Notes under the pieces: model-generated
What the model was told of the DNA's origin: nothing
What the model saw: the letters and a program-made list of their open reading frames with translations, nothing else
Database searches by the model: none
Part shown: positions 36,725 through 49,229 of the stretch, piece by piece
Numbering within the stretch: position 1 is the first letter of the stretch
How the letters are laid out: the number at the start of each line of letters is the position of its first letter
Assembly (NCBI GenBank): GCA_002633005.1
Contig: NMRA01000011.1
Span: 377,395 to 441,394 of the forward strand
Direction: 5' to 3'
From: Phoronis australis
Lineage: Eukaryota > Animalia > Phoronida
Length of the DNA stretch: 64,000 nt
Position numbers and translations under genes: made by a program

Positions 36725-39700
36725 TCGTACATGTGTCTATTCTAGGTTGCCTCATCATTTAGCAGTTGGAAAACAAGACAAAAGGTGTCGTCCTCATCCA
36801 TTCCACAAGGCACTGGTGAATCCTACCAATCTCACATATTGAAGCATAAAACAGGAAGCAAACCCTCATCACTTGCACAGAGTGAAGAAAAGGTCAAACA
36901 TAAATCTACTTCCCTCAAAAGTGAAGAAAATGAATCGGTTGAAATACTGACGAAATCCAGTGTACCACAGCAATCAACTGATAAGTCAAAAAACAGGTAA
37001 TTTCAATGGTACTGAATACCTTCACACTTGTTTTGGTTGATCACTGAAACTGACTTCAGTATTCAACTGACTGGTTAAAATGAAAATAATTACAGTTTAT
37101 GGTACACGTAGTACCAGACGTGCCCAGACCGCTCAGGTAGGCCCATTGCGCTGATCACCTGGAACCATTTCATCCTTTATTGATATGTAGTTAAAACTGG
37201 AGACCTAGCAGTGTGCCTCAGTGACACTCGAACGCATGACCTTGAGTAAAGGTAACAAACACTACCTCCTCTACTGATTTGTTGATATTGACATGAATTT
37301 ATCAGAGCTATGTCTACTGCACTATTCATACAGAATGCAACATATTGCAAATTCCTTTTCTGTTTTCAGAACTGATTACCAAAATGTCAAAAGTACCAAA
37401 CCAGTGACACGAAATTGTATTGTAGTCAACCCAAGACAGGTTTGTTGTGTTGTGTAAACTTGTGGTGACCAGTGACTGTGTTGTGCCCATGGTAGCTGGT
37501 TGTGCATGATGTTCTTACAGTAATTGTTGTACAATGTTGAAAAAAACCTGGGAAAACTGGACAGTCATGTGATCGTGTGCAGAGTGTTTCTTTATCGTAA
37601 ATTGTAAGCTTTAGGATAGTGTAGAATGTTACTTTGCTGAATGAATATGCTGGGAATTTGGAAATCACAAAAAGAGACATCTTGCTAAATATTGCTCTGA
37701 GTTGACGCTAGTTGATAATTTTCATTTCTTTGCCAGCTGAGTGAAGTTCCCTGAATGTTCCTGTTATTAATTTGAAGGTTTTAAGTTATGTATATGATGC
37801 CTGTTTTGTTATGTGTTAGTCCAGTGATTGATGTAGGATTTTTTATTTGTATTTTTTTATTTTATTCTTTCTCATTGAACAGAGGGGAAACCCCATTTTG
37901 AAGAGTGTTCGGAATGTGCCATGGGAGTTTGGGGAGATAACTCCAGACTATGAAGTAGGTGCTGCCTCTTGTGTGCTGTTTCTAAGGTAATGGCAGCTTC
38001 CTGTTACTGGGGACTTGAGTAAACGTATTTCTACTGTCTCAAATGATATCCATTCTAGTGTCCATTTGTTTTTAATGCTATCCTTGTACAGTGATTCTTT
38101 TATGTAATTAGTCTTAAAAGTTCGTTTTCTAACTGGATACTGAAGATATCTTCAAACCGGAACTCGTGTTGGTTTAGTGGTGTATTATTTTCCATTTTCC
38201 ATTGAAGTGTGAAGTATCACAAGTTAAAGCCTGACTACATCCATGAGCGTATGAAGCAGTTGGGTGGTAGTTACAACCTACGGGTACTACTGGTACTTGT
38301 TGATGTGGTATGTGGCTTACAGCAATCACCTTAGGTCTGTGGTAAATGCTGTGGACATTTGAGTTAATGATTAATTGAGAAACTTGAAATGAGTCATGTC
38401 TGTTAGGCAATGCTTACAATTATCGCCATTGTACAAAATGTACTCTCCTCTCTCTAAAAAGCATTAAAAATGTATTCGTGTTACGCGTTAAGCTGCAAGT
38501 ATGCTTTCGAAGTAAGTGGTGATGTTTTTCTGTGACGAGTTAAAATGAAGTAAACCAATGCTTTTCAAAAGAATTCTTACATTGATTTTATTAATGACCT
38601 GTTAGAGTGGTGACGATTAATCCCCTCTTTGCCTCTGTTTCAGGCTGATCCTCATCATTCTCTCAAAGAATTGGCCAAAATCTCTTTATTAGCTGACTTT
38701 ACGTTAATTCTTGCATTTAGGTAAGTTTTGTTGTGTGTTCATGTGAAGGATTCATGTTACTGAGAGTAGAGGCAGTCCTTCTGGTCATGTGACAGTCATT
38801 CTGGTCATGTGACAGTCATTCTGGTCATGTGATAGTCATTCTGGTCATGTGATAGTCATTCTGGTTATGGGATAGTCATTCTGGTCATGTGATAGTCATT
38901 CTGGTCATGTGATAGTGCAGTTTTGGTTGACACTATTTACTTGCGCTGAGATGATTGTGGCTAAATAGTTTTGTCTATTAATGAAAGTTTTGGTTTGATG
39001 GCAGTGCCACCTGTTGAGGCCTTGTGTCCCACTGTGTCTGTGAATTGCACTAATTACATCTATCAAACTGTATTTGATGTAACTACTCTGGATGATCAGC
39101 TTGTTTCACCATGTTGTGTGACTATGAACAAGAATAGATTCTTGACACATGTATGGACAACTGTGTAAAGGTGAACGGAATGATTTTCAATTTTTGCTTT
39201 CCGTTCTTATACAGGTAAACGCGTAAAAGTGTAAGTTGTTGTAAACACCTAGTACATGTTTTCTTCTCCAGCAATGATGAGGCAGGCCGTTATCTAGAGA
39301 CGTACAAAGCATATGAGAACAAACCTCCCGACCAGATTATGGAACAGGTGGAGGGCAACTATGTGTCTCAGGTGAATTGTTGTTTGTGAGCTGGGAATTT
39401 TGAATCTGCTGTTTGTCTCTTGTTCATATACACAGTGATAACTTTCTTAACCATCGTTTTTGCATCATAAATGTTGAAGCTTGTCTATTTTGCTATAACT
39501 TGTAAGAACAGTAATTATTGCACGATAATATTTATGTCAATAAAATTTCAGAAATATTTCTATGGGTGTACGGAGTGGAGAAGCAATATGAAATCGTAAC
39601 ACGAATTGTCTCAATTTTGTTTCTCAGCCCCGTCTCCTTCTCTAGTTGCTCGGCCCTGTGTTTTTCTCACAGTTTGACAACATTCCAGGTAACAGAGAGT

Positions 39701-41171
39701 TTGACTGCAGTGAAGTCCGTAAACAAAACAAATGCCATGACGTTATTATCTACCTTTGGGGTAAGAACAGAGATACTTTGGTAGTTTAAGTGACTATAAA
39801 CAGTGACATAAGATTAACATCTTTTTTTAAAGATTTTAACTAAGAATGTGACCATGTAATAATGCATGTGCACAAAATACACACGAAGTTAGTCAATATC
39901 CAACTGGTTTAATGTTAAAGACGTTGTGGGGAACAAATTAATAGTGTGGTATTGAGCATGATGTCACATAGCTACATGATGTCACATAGCTACATGATGT
40001 CACATAGCTACATGATGCCACATAGCTACATGATGTCACATAGCTACATGATGTCACATAGCTACATGATGTCTCATAGCTACATGAGGTCTCATAGCTA
40101 CATGAAGTCACATAGCTACGTGATGTCACATAGCTACGTGTTAGCAATGCTCCTGGAGTAGTCTTATGTTATGCCTTCTGCAAACTTTGTTGCTTCTGAA
40201 GCTTGGAGGACTGAAGTGACAGCTATAAGAAATGTTCTCATTCCATCTTCCAGACTGTGGCTGATGTATTGAGAGCTAGTGAAGGAGAGCTGGAACTATG
40301 TCCGGGCTTTGGTCCTCAGAAGGTGAGTTTAGTGCTAAAGGAAATCTTGGTATGGACATCTCACCAACTTGAGTGGGCACAATAGTTTCCTCTCAGGTAT
40401 TTTGCTCAGATGAGTATCTGTCCTTTTTAGAAAGGGTTTGGTATTTTGAAGTCCAATTCCCCTCTGAAAAATATTGAAAAATCAGGCTAAATTCCCGTCA
40501 TGATGGCCAAAAATTATCATCAAGTGATTGAAAAATTCCCCATAAGGTTCGAATCACCTGCAACTCACACAGATGACAATTTGAAAGAGCACAGTCTATG
40601 GCTACCTGAAATAGAGCCTGTGAGGGCTTAGTACGGAATAGGGGTGCTATATAATGGTGATCGGGAGGTAGAATTTTCCCCTCACCCCGAAATATTCCCC
40701 TCTCGGAATGCACAAGCACCTTTCCCCTTAGGTGAAAGAGGTCCTTGATTAGGTAGCTAATTCACTGTATTAAAAATCAAAACAATTTTCGACTTACAGG
40801 AAGCAATGGGGTCTGATCACGCTTGATCGGTGACTCATATCGCTACCTAGCTGTACCAGGAGTTCCTTTGTCTTCACAGGGGGTGGAATAGGGGAACAGT
40901 TTGACTTCACATTTTGCATTGTAAGGTATTGTCTCAGGTGCACATTTTTCATCATTAAGTATTGTCTCAGGTGCACATTTTTCATCATTTGGTATTGTCT
41001 CAGGTGCACATTTTTCACAATTAGGTATTGTCTCAGGTGTCAACATGTTTGTGAGCATCTGGTATTGCATCATAGTTAGCCTCTTTGTGTTTCCAGGCAA
41101 ATCGCCTCTACACAGCTTTCCATGAGCCTTTCTTGAGGGAGCACAAGACAGACAGAGGAGGTGCTAGCTGA
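33831..41171 (+). CDS. ERCC1: DNA excision repair protein ERCC1, 326 aa, 10 coding exons
   Basis: Exons 33831-33893, 36746-36996, 37370-37439, 37883-37986, 38208-38307, 38644-38720, 39272-39371, 39689-39760, 40254-40322 and 41097-41171 (981 nt, phases consistent). Peptides [75 protein letters not shown] and [18 protein letters not shown]. Exons 1-2 are less conserved and less certain. Confidence 0.96.
35760..35877. mobile_element. 118-bp palindromic MITE with CACTAG...CTAGTG termini
   Basis: CACTAGTCAGATATAATGGTCCATGATTTAGAGAACCA pairs with TGGTTCTCTAAATCGGGGTCCATTATAGATCCGACTAGTG; centre ATAACGGCCGTTAT. No TSD recognised. Confidence 0.75.
35879..35926. repeat. (CA)n microsatellite
   Basis: About 24 perfect CA units. 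Confidence 0.98.
36661..36720. repeat. (CAG)20 microsatellite, 25 nt upstream of ERCC1 exon 2
   Basis: 20 perfect CAG units. Confidence 0.98.
37100..37280 (-). mobile_element. Possible old SINE fragment in ERCC1 intron 2
   Basis: Minus-strand B-box-like GGTCATGCGTTCGAGTGTC followed by a GC-richer core; A-box not clear. Confidence 0.25.
38779..38916. repeat. 20-bp minisatellite TTCTGGTCATGTGAYAGTCA, about 7 copies
   Basis: Direct tandem copies. Confidence 0.95.
39957..40140. repeat. 18-bp minisatellite CATGATGTCACATAGCTA, about 10 copies
   Basis: Direct tandem copies. Confidence 0.95.
40925..41040. repeat. 33-bp minisatellite GGTATTGTCTCAGGTGCACATTTTTCATCATTA, about 3.5 copies
   Basis: Direct tandem copies upstream of the last ERCC1 exon. 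Confidence 0.9.
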
Positions 41172-41574
41172 TATCTTGCCAACTATCAAACCACTAACAC
41201 TGATTTTGACAGCCGTATACCTCGGGCATCACCTAATGTTAGCCTAAATCACCTGCAATCTCTTAATTATCTACTGGGATCAAGGGCTGACTTTAGAGAT
41301 TTGACTTGATTTGGAACTGAAAACAGGTGTACCTGTCTATCTGTACATCATGAACTGTGAAACAAGAGCATGTTATCAACTGGACTGAAACTCCAAAACT
41401 TATGTCTTGTAGGGGTTCCTAGTGACTTGACACACGTCAGTATATGTGCATACGGGCCCTGATTGAAACTGTTCGTGTACAGACAGTGTTATGTTCACAT
41501 CTACTCAGACAAGACCTCCACAACTATGTAGAGTGGAACTGTAGTCTAGTCTTCCTTTACTTGTATTACAGCAT

Positions 41575-41673
41575 TTGTCCCGACAACATGTGCCCCACAG
41601 CGTCATGTGCCCCACAACATCATGTGCCCCACAATATAATGTTTCCTACAGTGTCATGTGCCCCACAGCGTCA
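41575..41673. repeat. Degenerate ~16-17-bp tandem repeat (CATGTGCCCCACA core) in the ERCC1 3' region
   Basis: The core is repeated four times perfectly, plus variants. Confidence 0.8.
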
Positions 41674-41854
41674 TATTACAAAAGTGAAATCAATTTGCTT
41701 CACATTGTCAGTGCTGAGTTTGAAATCTGCTGCATTTTTTTATCAAATACTAAAGAAAGACCTGAATCTCTTGTGAATCTATAAAATGTGTGCTCATGTG
41801 TACATAATTGTTTATATTTATATGTTATTATTTGTAATGTGGACTTATTACATG

Positions 41855-41860
41855 AATAAA
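41855..41860 (+). terminator. Candidate ERCC1 polyadenylation signal AATAAA
   Basis: AATAAA about 680 nt after the stop, following an AT-rich tract. Confidence 0.5.
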
Positions 41861-42049
41861 ATGATTGATTGATATCAGCCACCAGTATTTTCCCTGGTTC
41901 GTTCTCTGTTATGCAAATGCACAAGTGCATCATAAAACGATCTTTATGCTTTTATTTGGGAAGAATTTGTGGGACAAGGATGGTGGGTTTCATTGTGTTC
42001 CATCGCCGTTATTGACGGGAATTATTAGCTTAATATGTCGAATTATCCA

Positions 42050-44362
42050 TTTTTATTCGCCCACACATTTTTATGTGGGCGAATTATGCCGTCATCCCTG
42101 TCCATCCGGACCGAATTTTCGGACGTATCCAGGTACCGTTGTTCTAAGAGGACATGTAACGACGATTTTTGAGCAGCGTTGATTACTGTGGTGCCTCCTA
42201 GTGGCAGTTTTGTTTCGTTGCGTGCGTGGCTGTATCTCCTAAACCATCTGCAGGATTTAGCAAGTGTATTTGTATGAAGGTGACAACCTATGACAACGAT
42301 GTGCAAATGCACCCGACTTCTGACTATTAATGAGGCGACGATGCCTTTTTTGGTGTATTTGGCTTAGTGCACGCTTCCTAGTGGTCGTTTTTGTTTGTTA
42401 TGTTTTTTGTCTGTTTTGGCATCCATCTCTCCGTCGGCCAAAGCACTCTTAAGAATGATGGTTTTGAAAATTGGTAATTGTGTTCCTAGTGCATGGGAAA
42501 GACATTGTTGACGATTGTGGACCGTTTGACAACTTTAGCACCCCTAGTGGCAGTTTTTTTTTTCTTATCGGCAGCTGTTTCTCCCTGCTGGATCTTTGTG
42601 AAATTTGCCAAGTGCATTTCTATGAACGTGACAGCAGATGGCGACTGGACGTATCTGACTATCACTGTGCTCCCAGTTCCTGTTTTATTTTTTTTACTGG
42701 CTTGGCAAGTGTGCTATTGAGGAGAGCATTGGTGACTTGCTATGCTGAACGCTCGACGTTACTCTTTTACGTTTACCTCTGTATCCTCAAAGGTACACAA
42801 CCAATTTTCCGGCATAAAATTTGGCAATAGGCCTACGTATCTGAGATGACACTACCGTTTTCGGATGGATTCGACGTATTTTGGGCCACCATGATGTGGC
42901 CATTTGTACTGTTTTGGCGTCCGCCCCTCTATCAACCGAAGCTATCTCAGGATGATTTTGGCGTTTATGTTTCCACTGTGAAGAGGATGGCTGCAATAAT
43001 GTGATTTTCTGACGACTCAGACTACTGTGGTGACTCATAGTGGTAGCTTGTATAAGCGCCTATGGCTGCATCCATCCAAAACTGTGTGCAGGATCTTTAT
43101 TAAATTTGACAGATGCATTGATGTGAAATTGACAACGGAAAACGACGACATTTGGACGCCGGGGACCTGACTGTCGCTGTGCCACTCGAGTGGCAATTTA
43201 TCTTTTTTGCTGTCCTCTTTATCTTTGAAACTCCATGACGGATTTTTATGAAATTTTATAAATAGGTCTCTATTAAAAAACGATGTCAGGTACCCGTTTT
43301 CGGAGAGATTTGACGTATAGCTGCCATTTCATTATCGTGAAATTTGGCAAATATGTCTCTATTAAGGAGACGATGAAGCCTCATTTTCGGTTAGATTTGA
43401 CGTGTTCTTCGCCATTTTAAATATAATTAGTACATTTTGACATCACCCTCTCCATCCACCAAACCACTTGAAGAATCGTTTTTAAAATTTGGAGATGTGT
43501 TCCTGATGAGAAGACCGAATTGTTCGATTACTCTGGCACCCCCTAGTGGTAATTTTATTATTTTTGCGTTCCCGACTGTATCTCATTCGCCCCTTGCAAG
43601 ATTTTTGTGAAATTTAGCAAATGTGTTCCTACGGAGATGGTAATAGATGATGGTGAGTTTCAGATCAATCCAAAGACAGTTGTGCTCCCCAGTGCCAATT
43701 TCATTTTTTGCGTTTACCTCTGTAGGCCTAACTTAAGAGTTCCTAGATGCTTTTTCATGAAATTTGGCAATCAAGTTTCTGTTATGAAGACAACAGCGCC
43801 TTTCCTTTTTGTGATGGATTCAACACATTCTGCATCAACTAGTGGCCATTTCATTTTTAGTCTGTGTCTTTTTCCTCTGCTTCTGTATCTGCCAAAGTGC
43901 GCAACTGCGCAGAGTGTGATTATGAAATTTGGCAGATGTGTTCCAACTGACGAGAATTTGATTGACGTGGGTTTTCAAATGGGTTCAACTACTGCGGTGC
44001 CCCCTATTGTTTCGCATCTACAAGTGTATCTTCTAAACTTCTTGCAAGGTGTTTTTGAAATGGTGTTATTGTATTTCTATTAACTTGGCAGCAGATGGAC
44101 GGATTCGACTACCGCTGTGGTTGCTAATGGCATTTTCTTCTTTTTTTACATTTGCGTTTGTATCTTTGGGAGTTCTTTGATGGCTTTTCATGAAATTTTG
44201 AAAGTAGTTTTGAGCGACAACACCTTCCCATTTTGGATGGTTCAATATATTCTGTGCCATCTAATGGTCAGTTTTTTATGTGATACAAATATACCCCTAG
44301 AAGCAACACTGTTTGCGGTGCAGTCGTGGGCGCATTTCTACACTCCGCGTTGCCCTCATATT
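42050..44362 (+). mobile_element. Helentron-associated non-autonomous element (DINE-1/HINE-like) with internal degenerate tandem units
   Basis: T-tract, then 5' hairpin ATTCGCCCACA-catttta-TGTGGGCGAAT, a GTCC-type tract, and repeated units (GAAATTTGGC...GYGCCCCCTAGTGG). Ends in a 3' subterminal GTGGGCG plus a short GC stem. Confidence 0.7.
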
Positions 44363-44984
44363 CATGGTTGCTGTCATAGGAAGCCTTGCTGTGAATGTCA
44401 GTGCAAGTTCAATCCCCTCTTTCGAAATTCAACTCATGAGGCGCTAAATCTCATTTGCCAACAGTCGGCTTATCATGTAATCCTCGTTTTGCGTTCTGTA
44501 ATTGAGTATTTGTCATGCAGTTCCCTCTAGAAATCGCCGCATTTTGATCTTTTTATTTGTAAATTCCCAACACATGTAGATATCTTGTTTACGGTTGTTT
44601 GTATATTGTGCATTATGACATGGAACGTCAAATCAAAATTAGTGCCGGATTCCGTATCTCATTTTGGCCTAAGGGGCTGTCCAAATATTCGTTTATCGTG
44701 TTATTAGTAGCACTTCGCGGACTTTTCCCTGTCTTTCTAATGGGTAGACCTATTTCAAAATTTGATCAACGCCGGACTGTTGTCTAAATCATGACGTGAA
44801 AGCGCGTCACTGAGATGTCAGATCTTTTTGTCCGTTAAAAGGAGAATTGGCTAGAAGTATTAACTGCCATTAAAACTTACACTCAGATCATCGCTTGAAG
44901 TGAATTTCCGCGGTTAGCAACAGCAACGGTGTCGATCGAGGTGCGAATCAAACATTTTGAGGTTTTCATGAGGACGCACCGCAG

Positions 44985-45115
44985 CAGTGGCGGATTTAGA
45001 AGGTCCCCAAGAATCCATTTGGCAGTTTGGGGGTGCGAAAGTCTGACGGTCAAAATCTTGGCTAATACTCTGCTCTGCTGGCCCCCCTTAACTCAAAATC
45101 CTGGATCCGCCCCTG
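44985..45115 (+). mobile_element. hAT-like MITE family A with perfect 5-bp TSD
   Basis: CGCAG|CAGTGGCGGAT...GGATCCGCCCCTG|CGCAG. Confidence 0.85.
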
Positions 45116-45222
45116 CGCAGTGTACCTGTAAAAGGCCTAGTGTGCCGGCAGAGTTTACCGATTGATTAGGCTACATGACAATGACATCGCAGACAACTAG
45201 TGATGCGATCTGAGATCGCAAT

Positions 45223-45390
45223 CAGGAGCGGATCCATGATAATGAGTTGGGGGAGCAGGGCAGAGTATTAGCCAGGATTTTGTCCCTCAGACATTCACAC
45301 CCCCGAACTGCCAAATGGATCTGGGAGAATTTTAAGGGGGGGGCATGGTTTCCTTGCCCCCTCCCCCCCTCCCCCCTGAGTCCGCCACTG
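45223..45390 (-). mobile_element. hAT-like MITE family A, inverted copy
   Basis: CAGGAGCGGATCC...GAGTCCGCCACTG; the body is the reverse complement of the neighbouring copy. Confidence 0.8.
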
Positions 45391-46825
45391 ACATTGAAAA
45401 AAATGGTACGCCCTTCCCATCACTCCGATCCTCTATGTCGTGTTATGCTCACCGCCCTTTCCTTCCTACTATTTCCGATCCGTCGATTGCTTATCCGATA
45501 TGGACACGTTTATTTCTGAGTCTGGGAATAGATCGTCCTTTTGTTCTGTCTTAGGGAGCAGAATAGGCTGGGAATAGATCGTCCTTTGGAGCAGAATTGG
45601 CAGGCATCGTGTTGGCCTACCGTGCGGCAGCTGGCCAACCAGTAGAGACCGCGGTTTAAAGAATGATTGACTGGAGTTAGAATGGCCACCGTGAACAATA
45701 AGTAACGCCAGCTGTTGGGAATATCGTAAGTCCGAGCTAGTGCTGTTTGACTACAATTAACTCAAGACAACATATTTCCAAGTTTTTATCACCATTCTCT
45801 GCATCGACCACTTCTTTTATTGGAATATTTTAAGAGTGATCATTCAATTAATAGCACAGTGAAAGTCGAAATGGACCAGTAGAACTAAGTAAGATTTCCA
45901 AAATTCCTATGTCGCCTTGGCCGTATCAAGAAATAATTTACTGTCAGTTCTTTGCGAACCAGAAACATTTCTCAGCTGAGTAAGAAACAAAATGAGAAAG
46001 TTTTTATAGCAAAAAGTGAGCTAAATCAAAACTTCGCTTCCGGAACGGAACATGGGTTCAGTTGTAGCCACTTTCAGAATTCAAAGTTGATGGCTTAAAC
46101 AGTGACGGCACGCCTTTCAAGAATGAGAGTAATTCACCTGAAGCAAGAGGTAATTTATAATCGTGAAAGAATCCTCACGCCCGTATTAGCACTATTTTCA
46201 CAACCCTTTGCATTCTTTCCTCCCTTCCCATCGAAAGGTTCGGCCTTGTCGTCGGCAGTCCGAGTTTCATATAGAAGTGATATATGAAAAGCTCTATTGT
46301 TAAAGCAACCGTAAATTCAGATTCCCGGCATGCAAGAAACGATTTTTTGATTGAGACCATTCACCGCCATAAGATTGGTCCTATCTTGTTCCTTATTCAC
46401 ATGAGAACTGATTGCTGGCGGCTGCTCGACGCATAATTAATGACGCGCCGTCTCAAACTAACTTGTAGAGCCATTAGTCATAACTAGCACTTGAGGACTA
46501 CTTGTTCTTTTGAACCCCAAAACTCGGACATCTGAATTTGACACAGGTTTGAAATTGCGGAATCCGAGTTTCCCTGAATGACGACATGGAATTCATCACG
46601 AAGACAAGTGACTGCTGAAAAAAGTGTCCCGTGTAGTCCAAAATGGTTGAAAACATCCCAAGCACAAGACGCGCGTTACGTGCCGCTACTGAGCTCGAAA
46701 AACGTAACGTTGAACACGTGGTTTTACGCGCCCACATATATGTATGTGCCGGTGCATTTGCTGTTATCTCTGTCTGGGCATCCGGCGTCTGCGGCTGTAC
46801 CTCTTACGTCCCGCACGGGATCTTA

Positions 46826-47455
46826 GTGATATTTGGCAGATGTTTTCCTATGAAGCTGACGGCGGACGACGACAAATTTTGGACTGATCCGACTACTGAT
46901 GTGCCCGGAATGGTTATTTTAGTTTTTCACGTATGCTCAAAGGTCCCCAACGGATTTTCACAGTGAAATTTGGCACGTAGGCATCAGTTAGTGAGATGGC
47001 GTCCGCCCCTCTATCAACTAAACCCCTCTTAAGGATGATTGTGGAAACTGACTTATGTTCTTAGTGTGAAGAGGACAGTTGGCGATGATTTTGCGACTAA
47101 TTTGACTCCTGTGGCGCCTCCTAGTAGCAGTTTTTATTTCACCCATAGCTGTATCTCCTAAATCTACTCAGTGCAGGGTCTTTATTAAATTTAGCATGGA
47201 TATATCTGTGAAGTTGACAACAGACGACGACGACTTTCAGACGGATCCGAAGAACGCTTTGCCCCTAGTGACAATTTCGTTTTTTTTTCCATTTTCCTCT
47301 GCTTCTCAGAAGTTCCTTGACAGATTTCTATGAGATTTGGTAGTTTTCTATTACAGAAATGATAAACATTTATACAAATAATCAGCCCTAGAAGCACACC
47401 GTTTGCGGTGCATTCGTGGGTGCATTTCAACGCTCCGTGTTGCTGTTGTTTTTTG
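46826..47455 (+). mobile_element. 5'-truncated copy of the Helentron-type element
   Basis: Shares GGCGTCCGCCCCTCTATCAAC (also at 42916) and the 3' end GTTTGCGGTGCA.TCGTGGGYGCATTTC with 42050-44362. Confidence 0.75.
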
Positions 47456-47706
47456 CTAAAATATATTTCAAGATTTTTGCCCATACTACTCCAAAGAGCT
47501 GGTGGTAGCTATTGACTTTGTGGTATGTGCGGAAAAGCATCAGGTGTTCTATATAGATTATGTGGCACAGAGACTATTGACAGTCGTACGTTTTGAGGAA
47601 TCGTGCAAACAATGGAAACTGGTAAATAGAGTTCGAAACAGTTCATCGACGCCCTTCCATATGCTATTAGTATATCTGGTTGTGTTTGATACGCTGTTTC
47701 CTTAAG

Positions 47707-47998
47707 TATAATAATAATGATGGTGATAATGATGATGGTGGAAGTGGCGTCATGTTTAATAACAATGATGATGATTATGATGATGATGGTGGTGGTGAAA
47801 AGTATAATAATAATAATGATGATGATGGTGGTGACAGGTATAATAATTATGATGATGATGGTGGTGGTCACAGATATAATGATAATGATGATGATGATGA
47901 TAATGAAGATGATAATGAGACGATAGCATGATGGTGGTGGTGGGTGGTGATGGTGTTGGTGGTGATGACAATGATGATGATGAAAATGACGACGATGA
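47707..47998. repeat. Compound trinucleotide microsatellite (GAT/GGT/AAT)n
   Basis: Visible triplet runs; explains the poly-I/H/D/M ORFs in the ORF track. Confidence 0.95.
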
Positions 47999-48220
47999 AT
48001 AATCTGTAAAGGTTGCATGAATGTTTGACTCTAGAAAAATGTCTATAATTGTCTTACATCGGAAGATCTTATCTCTGAAATAAATGGTCGGCTTCATATG
48101 AAACCATCGCATACCATTGTTCTCTCATATAATTATTAGGAATTTCTTAAAAACTGTTTCACTTTTGCTCAAGGGTTATTAAAAATAAAACTTTTATGGA
48201 AAACAATGACAAGTTGAATA

Positions 48221-48612
48221 TCGGGATTTTCCGTACATGAGCCCGTGGGTGTGTATTCGAAAAATGAAAAAAATCAGAAGTTATAGTAACACCAAATAAA
48301 CGCCCGGGCGTTTATTCAGAAAAGGGGCGTGTAAACGGAAAGTCATAGGTTTCATGATTTTGACATTTTTTACTTAAAATGTGTTTTTAAATTTTATGTT
48401 AATAAATGCATAATTTGCCAGCGCTTTGTTAATTTTTATAAATGATAAGTGCTTCACAAAACTGAATTTGTGACTAAAAGTTGACGTTAAGTGAGCTTTT
48501 AAGAGGAAATTTTCCGAATAAACGACCCACTACGGGCATTTATTCAGCATAATTTTCCGAATAAACGCCCATGGGCGTTTCATAGGGTGTGCTTATCTAC
48601 GGAAAACCCCGG
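48221..48612. mobile_element. Tc1/mariner-pogo-like MITE
   Basis: TA on both flanks; 22-bp TIRs TCGGGATTTTCCGTACATGAGC vs CCGGGGTTTTCCGTAGATAAGC (18 of 22). Internal AATAAACGCCC/GGGCGTTTATT palindromes. Confidence 0.75.
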
Positions 48613-49229
48613 TAAAACGAAAATGAAATGATATTTTAGAAACCTAACAGCGTATCTCAGAAGTTATATCAAACGAAGTTTGACCGTGAAATCGTTTTGC
48701 TATGAATGTACCTTTTAATGCTAAATGTATTAAAAACGCATGGTTACGTAACCCAATTAATGACATATTGGTACAATAATGTGGATGTCTGCAGGGTCCT
48801 TACATTCAGAAACGATATACTTTTTTAATTTAAGTGTAAATGCACATACCTGTCGATAAGGTACTACTGACATAACCTTAACGAACCCCAAATTGACCTC
48901 GTCAAGCTGACGGAAACCGTAGGAACAAAAGCGACAAGATTCACAGGCATCCTCTCGCAACGTAATTGTTTTCTCTGAAGACGGGGTAATGTCATCTTTT
49001 ATAATACACTAAGTGAATAAACCAATAAATAAATATGTAATAGATAACATGGTATAGTGGAATATTGAAAATAACGATGAAGGAGAGTACACATTTTGAA
49101 ATATAAGTCTTTACCTATCCAGGAAAGTTCATGATGAAAGAAATTGAACCTGTTCAGATGGACTAACGGTACTTATTAAAACACCCTGAAATGGGAGGAC
49201 AGGTGGAGCTTCCCGCTGTACTCACGCGA

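Noticed and set aside
36627-36842. Poly-alanine protein ORF
   Set aside because: Reading of the intronic CAG repeat; out of frame with ERCC1 exon 2.
43607-44530. 158-aa and 137-aa ORFs
   Set aside because: They lie within or across the end of the repetitive Helentron-type element; the repeated MKFG words reflect the DNA unit.
47509-48112. His/Ile/Asp/Met-rich ORFs
   Set aside because: Translations of a compound trinucleotide microsatellite.
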